Of a DNA stretch of 64,000 nucleotides, positions 1 to 10,698 are shown piece after piece; position 1 is the stretch's first letter, and every line of letters begins with the position of its first letter. The notes beneath the pieces are model-generated. The model did not search any database. It was not told where the DNA came from and saw only the letters and a list, made by a program, of their open reading frames with translations. The translations under genes were made by a program, and so were the position numbers. This DNA comes from Aplysia californica (taxonomy: Eukaryota): assembly GCF_000002075.1 (NCBI RefSeq), contig NW_004797812.1:231835-295834 (forward strand), written 5' to 3'.

Positions 1-238
1 GACGAAATCGTGCGTTTGAGCGGAGCGTGCTTTTGTATGGCGTGCGTTTAGGCGGAGACTACTGTACGCAATCTTACTTTAGATTCGCAATACGAATGTT
101 AAAACACGCAGTGCAACATTAAGATTGCGCCAATCGGTAAATAGCATGGAACATACAGTGGCGTCCAAAAGAAACTAGAAAATGTAATCACTCAATCATC
201 GAGTTATAGTCAAGGCCGGCTCATGCAGCCCACTTTAC

Positions 239-345
239 TCAAAAAGACTCTGACTTGAGTCCAGCATGAAGTCCGTTCGCCGTTCCAACTTCCAACCCTT
301 GTTCCAAATATTTGTAGCATTTACGAACATTTTTTCGATTAGGGC
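239..345 (-). CDS. Candidate exon of an unidentified minus-strand gene (ALIEKMFVNATNIWNKGWKLERRTDFMLDSSQSLF)
   Basis: Minus-strand ttttattataatag| acceptor, open frame with ATG at 330, |gtaaag donor. Confidence 0.35.
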
Positions 346-875
346 CTATTATAATAAAATAATAACTGTCGAGACGTGAGCCTTCATTCATCCAGTTAGA
401 TCTAGATAGATCAATATCTTGACTCTATCCGAGTCCGAATAGTCACTTCGATAATCATAATTTGATATTTTTTTGCAGAGTACTGTCCTAACGAAGGGTT
501 TGAAATTTTGAAAATAATTGATTTGCAACGCAGTTTTAGTTTTAGTGACTTTTATGTAGCCTATGTGACTATGTGTAATCTACAGCAAAAATTACTAGAA
601 ATCTAGATCTTAGTGCCTTAGATCTAGACTAGAGACATAGATCTATCTAGTCTACATCTACAGACAGTTTGACCCCCTAACCTAAGCAGTGCATCAGTGT
701 CTTGTCTTGTCTTGTGAAAGTACAAATTTACCGATTTATGTCTGTAAGCCTAACATAGCTAGATTTCTAGATCTAGATCTAGAATCTCAGAGATTTAGCC
801 TAGATTCTAGATCTAGACTAGATTCTAGCGCCGGGCAAATATTGTGATTAATTACGCAACTTGGACTTAACTTAC

Positions 876-938
876 TTTGCAGAGCACAGTGGGCAAGCGA
901 CTACCGGCCGCTTTCCCTGCCTTGCTGACAACATGCTT
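876..938 (-). CDS. Candidate exon of the same minus-strand gene (KHVVSKAGKAAGSRLPTVLCK), or 3' part of a leader exon
   Basis: Minus-strand ccttaaattcag| acceptor and AAA|gtaagt donor; phase-compatible with 239-345. Confidence 0.35.
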
Positions 939-1994
939 CTGAATTTAAGGAACCTATCAACTGGCAATGCAATCCAAATATCAGACACCGCCTCCTTCTT
1001 TCAAACTTCTTTGAAGCACTGGCTCCCAAAACATTCAAAACAGAGGGCAGGTTTCCCTTTCACACCACAGGCATTGTTTAGTATCGTTTTGTATTGAGTT
1101 CACCGCGGTCACAACACACCAAGTCATGTGATCTATTATTATAGCAATGATAGTACACGTCACGTGATATTCCCCCAACCCCCTTGTAACCCCTGTCGTA
1201 AGTAGTAATTTATGTGGAATTTTGCATGTGAATAAAGGTAATTAAACTAATCAAACTATTATATTATTTCAAAAACCATATAATATTCCCTGCTGAGGAT
1301 ATAATATTTTACAAAAAATTGATAACGAAATGAAATGGGTAAACATATGAAATCCCTTTTCCAAGCCAGTCCAACAAAATGAAGAGCATTTAAGTTAATC
1401 AAACTTCCGGAATCCAGTGCAATGTCCGTGGAAAACATCATCTTGAGTGCTATAAACTTGTGAATACCGGTAAAGGTCCTCGATATATGTTCAGTCTATG
1501 AAAAGACAACTACCTAGCTTTTGAAAATATTAGCTGTTTTAGGTTTTTAACTTAATTTCAAGCTTTTTATATGTATGTTTATGCCTGTTTCCCGTTCTAA
1601 TATTGACACTGTTGTGTTTGTTTACACATGGCAACGAAGGATGTGCCCAACATCATTTTTGTAAGCAAAGTTGTTAACCATTTGGGCTTAAATATTTTTG
1701 TATATTCAAATTATGCCCAGCTTATCTAGGAATGTAGCTATGAATTATACCTTTAAAAATCACCTTAGATAGAACCCTTGCTTCACCTCCATGAGCAGAA
1801 ATTGCGAAACAAATTTGGCGCTTTTTCGGTAGTTCCCACCCCGCAATTGTTATTCACGGGGTTTGGCCCCAATAGTAGGGGGGTTTCAGGCAACCCCCCT
1901 GACCTAACAAAAATAGGAAGGGGGGTTTCAGGGGGGCATGCCCCCCTGAATTTTACCACAATTTAATGTTTTGCTTTTGTAAGGTTTGATATCT

Positions 1995-4047
1995 CACGGC
2001 GTCCGAAATTCCGTCTCAGCGATCTCTTAGTTAGTCCGGGCCCCCCGCGGTAGGCCATAAATTAGCGGCAGGTGACCTGCAATTTCACGCGTCAAGTCAG
2101 GGATTGACCGGGGTCAACTCGTGCACAGCGCTGTCCTATCTTGTCCTTATCAGAACGCGTTTCTTTCCCTAATTTCATGAGCCGTAAAATGATGCTCACT
2201 CTACCCCTAGAATCTATTTCTTCACCAATTCCGCTTCGTCTACGTCTTCTTGATATCTTGTGAAAGTTTCAACAGTTTTCATTGATTCGTTTGGGAATAA
2301 TAACAGTTTTAAATTGTGAGTGTTAAGTGATTGGAAGCGCCGATAATAATGTTATCTCTTCAAATTTAATTACAAATCATCCGAGAATGGAACGATGGTC
2401 TTTATTTCTGTTTGCGCGGTGTGATAGCCATCAAATCATATTTTCTAATGATGTGAATTTTGTTTTTCCAGCACTTTGCAGTGACTGGCTATCAGTTAGT
2501 GAATTGTGTTCCTAAGTAAAAATCGTTAAACTGCAATGGGCCAGTCACACATGTGAGAGGCATAGAGTCTCTGAATGGACTTTGTTGGATGTGTTGGTGT
2601 TTAAATTTAACTGTCAAACAAAAAAAAGGTGCAGAAAGCCCCGATTATGTAAGACAATGGCAGGAGATATTCTATTGATTTATGGGATTGATGTGAGGGA
2701 CGAAAATGAACAGTCGTATTCCGCTAACATTTGTGTCAAGTGTTTTACCGCGATTTCAACTATCAAAGGGAGATAGGGTGTTACGTCACGTCAATTTATG
2801 CCACAAAAAAGCAGTTGACACTAGTAGGAACATGTGGTGTGCGTTTGACAATAGCAGAAATATGAATTCCTTCTCCGTTTTGTCGGTACCGCTTAGGTGG
2901 CTGCATACAAAGATCAATTTCAAGCTAACATCGTAAAACACCCCAAACATACCTCCCTCCATCCCCATGTATGCAAGGAACTAACAAACACAATTTGTAC
3001 AGAAACAAGAAAATACTCCGTCGAAACTGCAAAAATTGAGGAGGCAAAAGGAATGGAAGCAATATTCAATCTTCTCAATGAAAGATTTAGCCATGTTCAC
3101 ACTGCAATATCAAATCTCAAACCAGTCGAACGATTTTCACTTCCACAAATCTTCTTAGCAATTGACAATTACATGTCCGCATTCAGACGCTATTTCCCCG
3201 CAAAGTTATCCCAAAGCCACACATATCATAACAACACTGTATTCCACACATACAACAACACATGTTTGCTCTCGGGCTTTTAGGAGAACAGGACACAGAA
3301 AGCAGTCACCAAGTGATCTCAAAACTGGAAGCCAGAGTATGAAGGATCCCAAACCAGATAGACATAATGCGTTTTATTTTTGTGTCGCATCTCCTGCAAA
3401 TAGCTCCCTCATTGCGTGCTGCTGGATATGTTTAGAAAGAAAAATTGTATAAATGTTTACTTTTATTCTGTACATGTTCATTTCGTGAAAAGAAATCGGT
3501 GCTGTATATTGAAGATACGTCAGTATATCATTATTCAGGAGGATACACAATCCATTGGATACAAAAAGTCATGAATGCAGGGAAGCGTTTTGGCTATCAT
3601 GCTCATGACAAGTTCCATGTTCGTGCTGGAAACAAAATTTTGAGTGAGTCAATTTCTAAACACATTTTCCTGTCTTACGTGGCAGTTTTGTAAATATTTA
3701 TCGTTAGGCTTATAAGTTATTAGCCATTCAATATGTGTTTGTTGTTTTGACTAACTATAAATAGACATACATTTTAAGAGCAGCTAACTCAAAAACGTGA
3801 GCAGCCATGGTATTGCTATTTCGTACCAATAAAGAGGTTTAGTTGCTTTCTCTAAAGAACAAACTTGTGTTCACGTATGATATTTTTTTTGTGTGTAAGA
3901 CGATAAAACATGTGTTGAAAAATTCATTTCACCGGCTACCGACGCAGGTAGCGGGAGGGCGGGTTAGTGACCTCTGGGTGACCGGCCCGCCGTGACCCGG
4001 TCACTCCATCGCCGATCCAACTAAAAGAGCGCTGTCTGTACGCCGTG
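1995..4047 (+). mobile_element. Chapaev (CMC superfamily) DNA transposon, internally deleted
   Basis: Termini CACGGCGT...ACGCCGTG; 4-bp TSD ATCT (1991-1994 and 4048-4051); transposase remnants inside. Confidence 0.8.
2536..3425 (+). pseudogene. Degenerate Chapaev transposase (RAG1-like N-terminal Cys motif fused to the C-terminal catalytic-E region)
   Basis: Frameshifted LC(R>W)MC(G>W)...YGIDVRDE...ICVKC...W, then FPRKVIPKPHIS*QHCIPHI...LGLLGEQDTESSH...SHLLQIAPSL. Confidence 0.75.
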
Positions 4048-4475
4048 ATCTTAGCTCACCGCGAATCAAACATATAGATCTAGATCTAGAAGTAAGTCTG
4101 GCTCAAATAAGGGGGGTGGGAACTAGATCTACCGAAAAAGCACCACAAATTTAACATATAAATGAAAAACGAAGTGGCTAGCCGTACCACTAGCCTGAGA
4201 GCTTAAGTACGGCTAGACTGCCAGTCTAGCCGTACTTAGATCTAGGTTTGGCCCTATCAACCCAAATCTGTTGAGCACACAGGGCACACAGGTGACGACA
4301 GGTCTCATTTTAGATCTAGATATAGTAATTATTCAGGTTTATAATACATGCAAGTCAGTAGTAAGGTGCCTTTTGGTTTTGTCTGAAATACAAATTGTAA
4401 CAAGTAGGCTACTTTAGGCATTGCAAACTAAACATTTCATTTACATTTCAGCCATCAATAATAAATACGGCTAGC

Positions 4476-6800
4476 CATGTCAAAGCTGTCAGTGAGCTGA
4501 CCATCATGTATAACCCTGCTACTTGTCCCTTCGTACATGCTCCTGATGAGGTTAACCATCTTCTGTGGGATTCCGTGATGTCTCAGTATCTTCCACAGTG
4601 TTGCTCGGTCTATGCTGTCAAATGCCTTCTCATAGTCTAGAAAGTTGATGATCAACTGGGAGTTCCACTCCAGGGACTGTTCCATTATGATCCTCAGGGT
4701 AGCAATCTGGTCCGTGGTTGACCGATTTTTCCGAAAACCAGCCTGTTCATCCCAAAGTATTGGATCAGTTGCAGACTTGATTGTCTTGATTCTCTCCAGA
4801 ACTATTCTGTTGAAGACCTTTCCTGGTATTGAGAGAAGAGTGATTCCTCGGTAGTTGCTGCAGTTGCTGAGATCCCCCTTTTTAGTTAGTTTCACAAGGT
4901 GTCCTTCTTTCCAATCCTTTGGGAACTTGCTCTCCTTCCAAATCCTGGTAAACAATGGGAGAAGGAGGTCTGTTGTCTCATTGGCATCTGTTTTTAAGGC
5001 CTCAGGTGGAATCTGATCAGGACCGGCCGCTTTACCGTTGTTCAGCTTCCTAATGGCATCCATAATCTCTTGTTTTGATGGGGCATCACAGCAGATTGGT
5101 AGCTTATTTCTTGCTGGCAGGATGTTTGGCGGGTACTTGGTGGTGGTCTGTTCAGGAGACTGTTGAAATGCTCTACCCATCGTCTTGACTGAGCTTCCTT
5201 TCCAAAAATGGTTTTTCCGTTTTGGTCCTTTACTGTTACTTCTGGTTTCCCATATTTTCCAGAAAGAGTCTTTGTAGTCTGGTAAAGGGTTCGCATGTTC
5301 CCTCCTGCTGCTGCCTCCTGTGCCCTCTCTGCCAGCCTGTTCATGAATTCCTCCTTGTCTTTTCTCAGATGTCTCTTTACATCTTTAGTTGTCCTGTACT
5401 GCTCCAATGCGTCCGCTTTTGATCCCCTTGTTCTACTTGCATTTTGTCTCTCTGCTTTCAATTGGTATCTAATGCTAATCAAATCCAATGACTGTTGGCT
5501 AATCCATTCCTTGTGCTCCAATTTCTTCTCACCGAGTATTTCTTGACATGTTGAAGTAAAGACTTCTTTGACCTTGGTCCAGTGCATCTCCTCCTCCATG
5601 TCTTCCTCACCAAGATCCACCAAGTGGGTTGAAATCTGTTCCTCAACTGCAGTTGAAACTCCTGTTTCTTGTGTCCATCTAAAAGACTTACTTGGAACTT
5701 CATTCTTTTGGTTCCTGTTCTGGTTCCATGCCTTTTGAGATGAAGCTTGAGTTTTGCTAACAGCAGATGATGATCCGATCCAACGTCTGCCCCTCTCTGT
5801 ACTTTGACATCTTCCAGTGAATGCCTGAACCTACGAGAGATACAAAAATGATCGATCTGGTTCTCCGTTACTCCATCCGGTGATACCCAAGTAGCCTTGT
5901 GGATCTTGTTATGGGGAAAAACAGAGCCTCCGTTGACAAGACTGTTGAAAGCACAGAGATTTGGGAATCGCTCCCCGTTCTCATTCATTTGTCCCAGGCC
6001 GTGTTGTCCCTTGATTCCCTCATAACCTACGTTGTCCTGCCCAATCTTGGCATTAGCATCTTCCATCATGATGTTGACATCTTTCCTTGGTAGTTTGTCG
6101 ATGACCCCCTGGAGCCGGCTGTAAAAAGCATCCTTGTCATCATCCGAGGCATCGTTTGTTGGGGCATAGATCTGTACTATGTTCATGTTGATGCTCTTAC
6201 TTCTGGCAGTGAAAGAAGCCATGATGATCCTCTCCCCCTGTGGTTCCCATCCTCTAAGTGACTTCTGTGCATACTTACTCAAAATAATTCCAATTCTTTC
6301 CACATGGTGCTTGTCTTCCCTCCCAGCATATAATATTTGTTCCCCGGAGCTGAGCTGCTTCTGTCCAGACTGTATCCAGTGGGTTTCGCTGACTCCTAGT
6401 ATGTGCAGCCTGTATCTTTTCATCTCTTGTGTCACTTGAGAACGCTTTCCTGCTTCATACATGGTGCGAACATTCCACAACGCAGTCCGGAGAGACTTGT
6501 TTGACAAAGAAGGTTTCGGGTCAGAAGAGTCCTTTCAGCTTTGTCCACTGTCTTTCCTTGTTCCAGCTGATGCAGAAGCTCCTCCGTCTCCTGAGATGGA
6601 AAAATTATAAGGCATGTTTGTTCGTGTTTCTATAACTTTTCTTTTTTACTGGGTCGGGAAGTTGGCCCTCTGCAAACTGTCACTTTTCAGGTGGCCAGAC
6701 CTATGCACCTTTAGTTGCCTCTTACGACACAGTATCACGGCAGGTGTATTCTTTACTCCCCCATAGTGAAACTATGGGGCCCCCCACCTGCAGGGGCGAC
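4476..6800 (-). mobile_element. RTE-clade LINE: 5' UTR, APE endonuclease and N-terminal RT, 3'-truncated and frameshifted
   Basis: WNVRTM, GVSETHW, QIYAPT, NQIDHFCI, GSDHHLL; NYRGITLLS, QAGFRKNRST, FLDYEKAFDS. Confidence 0.92.
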
Positions 6801-6946
6801 AATTTAGGTACTGCAAACTAAAAATTTATGTACTTTTCAGTAGGCCTATTTTTGTTTTGTTTTGGTCAGTCTTAGCCATCATATTAAAAATAAGTACAGC
6901 TACCCCAGCAGTCTAGCCATACTACGGCTAGCCAACCGGTTAACGT

Positions 6947-7474
6947 GGCGTCAATTGCGACAGAGTGAACACGGAGCTCTTTTGCGTTGATGATTAGATC
7001 TAGATCTAATGTGTAAGTGTGTGTGTGCGTGTGTTTGTGCATTTGTGTGTGAGTGCGTATATGTGTGTGTGTGTGTGTTTCAGTTTGTTTGTCTTTTTTC
7101 TCTTTAAATTCTTTTTTTTTTTTCTCACAGACTCACTCTGTTGCAATTAATGCCACATTAATTGTCACAGCGTCACTCTGTCGCACTCTAGGGGCAACAA
7201 CAGAAACAACAAGAAAAGAGCTGCGACTGTCTTTGCATGTTTGTTAGTTTTGTATTTGTGTGTGTGTGTATTTAAGACCACAAGCATGTGCGTCTGTGTG
7301 TGTGTGTGTGTGTGCGTGTGTCTGTGTATTTGTGTGTGGAAGTGTGAGTGCGTGTATGTGTGTGTGTGTTTCTTTTTTCTTTTTAAATTTTTTGTTTGTT
7401 TTTGTCACAGACTCACTCTGTCGCAATTAACGCCGCATTAATTGTCACATCGTCACTCTGTCGCAATTGATGCT
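6947..7474. mobile_element. MITE-like element with internal (TG)n-containing direct repeats
   Basis: Inverted ends gcgtcaattgcgacagagtga / tcactctgtcgcaattgatgc; duplicated ~300-bp internal unit. Confidence 0.55.
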
Positions 7475-7565
7475 ACCATTATATATAGAGAGAGATGCAT
7501 ATAATATATATATGGTGTAGTAAAAAATTTCTGGCATAATTACTTATCCTCAAGTATCTCTTTAA

Positions 7566-8123
7566 CCTCTTTGTTGCCGCGCCCGTAGAATTTACGGGCC
7601 TGAACTTAGTAGCGCTGTGCCTATGGTCCGTAGAATTTATGGGACTGTGACAGAGGTTGTTTTGATAACAATTATAAGGGAAGGTGTTACTGCTAAAATC
7701 TTGTAATTATTATTGAAGTGCTTTCCTTTTATGTTCACCTCCATTTTCCTCCCATTTGAAAGTGTCAGATTCTGATTTTAGCTCATAGAGAAGATTAGAT
7801 CTAGATCTAACACACCTACCACACAAAAATAATGGGCTTACATGTATATGTATATATATAAAGTAAAGTTGTTCCCGCATCTGATCAGGACATTGGGGAT
7901 TGCCTTGTTAGTGAGACAACTTTCTGGGCGTTTGGCATTATATATTGTGGTAGGATAGCCAGTTCCTTTCCATGCTGCCTTTACTTCCCCAACTCGAAGT
8001 CAAATACTCATTACTGCTGGGTGGGCCGGAGGGGGAAAAAAAATATGTGTCTGAACCAAGGGTCGCATTTGGACTTTCCGCTTCGGAGACGAGCACATGA
8101 ACCGCTCCGCCGCCGCACTCTCG

Positions 8124-8164
<41 letters not shown>

Positions 8165-8537
8165 ATATATATATAAATATATATATGGATTTTACGAGTA
8201 TTGGAAAAGCCTCTTATCCCTTCCTTTTTTTTCTGCAAACACTCACATAACATGTATTTCCCTTTTTTAGTCTCATTTTATCATTACTCGAATGTGCATT
8301 GTTTATATATTTTTTTATGGTGTTTTTGGGCATCATGTTACTAACTCCAACTATCCCCCCAAAATTATATAAATAGAAATGTGGTTCAAAGTAGAATGTA
8401 CAAGCAGAAATTCTTGAGGAAATATTCAAAAAATAAAAAAAGTTATAGGAGATAAAGTGGGATCATCACTGAGCGTCCTTGGTTTCATGGGATTTTCCCT
8501 GGCACAGGGGCCTATTTATCTGCGGCGTTGAAATGGG
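7566..8537. mobile_element. Possible piggyBac-type non-autonomous element
   Basis: TTAA at 7562-7565 and 8538-8541; CC..GG ends with a weak TIR (gccgc). Confidence 0.4.
7860..8122 (-). mobile_element. tRNA-derived SINE
   Basis: Minus strand: degenerate tRNA-like head, cccacccagcagtaatgagta central domain, actttactttt tail. Confidence 0.65.
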
Positions 8538-10470
8538 TTAACAGGTGAATCAATGTCACTCATGCTTTGCACAGCAGTTTGCATCAATTTGTCTTGACTA
8601 AAGCATACTTATTGAGGCTAGATTAAAAAACATTTCTTCATAAATTTATATAAAATAGATCTACTATAAATCTTTATCTCCGTCGCGCAGAAAATGGAAT
8701 TGTTCACAGCACTTCCTACTTCTCACACACTTTTCGCATTCACTTACGGCCTACGTCACAGTTCACCGATGCCACATTTTATTGGTAAAACTTGTTAGAC
8801 CTACAAGGAATTGATTTTTATATAAAGAACACGTTTTTTTGCTTGCACTAAAATAAAGGTTCTCAAAACCCACGTTCAATAAGTTTTACATAACCTTGCA
8901 AATAGAAAAAAATTACAGATTTGCTTTTAAAAGCGATGTTGCCCTAACTGTAAACCTTTAAAATCTGCAGAAACCACTTGGATAGCAGTGCGAATGAAAA
9001 ATTGATTTTTCACTCGTTTTATATTTGGTACCTAAGATCGATACAGTTTTCAATTGTAAGGATTATGCTATTTAATTTAAAGAATCGGTTCATAAATTTA
9101 AAAAGATATGTGGTTGTAACGTGTGGCAAAATATGGATGACCCAGATATAGGAAAATACTCTTAAAAAGTGGACCATGTAACAGCAGATGTGCTAGACAT
9201 ATCAGTAATTAATTTTAGTGTTTGAAAGAAACTTGGCCTGTCAATGTGTTTTTAGGTGGAGAATTCATTTCTGCTTTCATATTTACTAACCATTTATAAT
9301 ACTTATTTTGTTATAATTAAAATTTTGGTGTACATATTACGATTTTGAGAGGTGTCGGGATGAGAGCATTTTTATTCATAGCATCGTATCACAACATATG
9401 GGATCTTTAAGAATTGAAGGCAGCCTAACTAATTAATAGCCAAACTTTCTTTGATGACTTTAGACCATGCCAACTATAAAATATAAATTCAATTCAGCCT
9501 AACTTACTGCACAATTAAAAACTACCCGCCCCCCTGTCCAAAGCGGCTTCTCACAGAGACCGGCCATTTTCCCCTCACCCCCTCTGCAAATGTTTCATGT
9601 GACCTACAAATCCCCGCATGATTATTCTGAGCCTGTTCATTGGTCACTTTGAATGGGGCAATGACGGGCGTGCGCATCTGGTTGTTTTTGTCTCTGTTCC
9701 CTTGTAACATTATAATGGGTATATGTTCCAAGGCAAGCTTCTCGCCTTGGGTTGTTCTTGTTTCAACATGGAAAAAATGATTAATTGTATGGCATATTAC
9801 ATCACCTGTTCTCCCTTTCCAAATTTACCCCCCCCCCGGGGCGATGCTACTGACTGAAGTGTCTTTAGGCCATTTCCAATGGAGGGACATTAACATGTTC
9901 TTATGCACAGTAGATTTGTGAATGGGCTGGTAAATCAATGTCATCCTCATAACTGTGCCTGAACTGCAACAGGGAACTGCTGCTTTTTCTTTCCTGATCC
10001 TAGCTGTCATCATTTTCTTCTACTTCTTTTGTATGTTTGTCACTCTCTTGTGACCCGCTATTTCCGGGGTGCCTTGATAGTCGAAGCAGACTTTGTGCTG
10101 TTGAAGCCAGAGAGGTGAGCAGAGTAAGCCTGATTCCTTGTAAGGACTGCTCTGTTGACATCCACACCTTGGCGCTCAGATGACCTTATGCAGTTGCGAA
10201 TGCCGTAAAACCTCTACTAAAACTTAAACTTTCCAAATAAGGCATGCATGTAGAGACTCTTGTCACATAGTACTTGCTCAAGCGTGTGCATGCAAGAAAA
10301 TGCAATGATGTATGTTGTCAAAGTGCCCTAAATGTCAGAATGGAATTACCATCAAACACCAATGTCCTTCTTTTATAACCCACCGTTTTTTTCATTCTTT
10401 CAGATTTACAAGTCGTAGTTAGCGATAATCCTCATTTCTGTGATAGTGAGTGCTCAAATTCTCTGCAAAC

Positions 10471-10698
10471 ATGGCAGAGTGCGTTAAGGTCATTGTGAGG
10501 TGCCGCCCAATGAATGAGCGGGAGAAAGGCTTGAAGTGTAACACAGTCATTGGTATGGACACACCGAAGGGACAATGCAGCATTATAAATCCTGGAGATC
10601 CAAAGGCGCCTCCCAAAATGTTTACATTTGATGGAGCTTACTTCGTGGATTCTACGACGGAGCAGATATACAGTGAAATTGCATACCCTTTAGTTGAG
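10471..10698 (+). CDS. KIF17: KIF17 coding exon 1 (MAECVK...YPLVE); acceptor at 10403 implies an upstream non-coding exon
   Basis: ttcattctttcag|10404, ATG 10471, GAG|gtagcc, phase 0. Confidence 0.95.

Larger units (their letters stand above)
1811..4152. mobile_element. Foldback MITE (arms 1811-1842 and 4113-4152) interrupted by the Chapaev element
   Basis: aaatttggcgctttttcggtagttcccacccc is inverted as ggggtgggaacta(gatcta)ccgaaaaagcaccacaaattt. Confidence 0.6.

Noticed and set aside
1620-1636. RFX X-box-like catggcaac (also half-sites near 8938 and 9760)
   Set aside because: Only half-site matches, and the TSS is unknown
1995-4047. RAG1L/ProtoRAG transposon call
   Set aside because: 4-bp TSD, EQxxESxH motif and no RAG2-like ORF favour Chapaev
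10171-10215. SECIS-like reading of the ATGA-containing hairpin
   Set aside because: Explained as a LINE 3' tail; lacks the apical AA and GA quartet geometry
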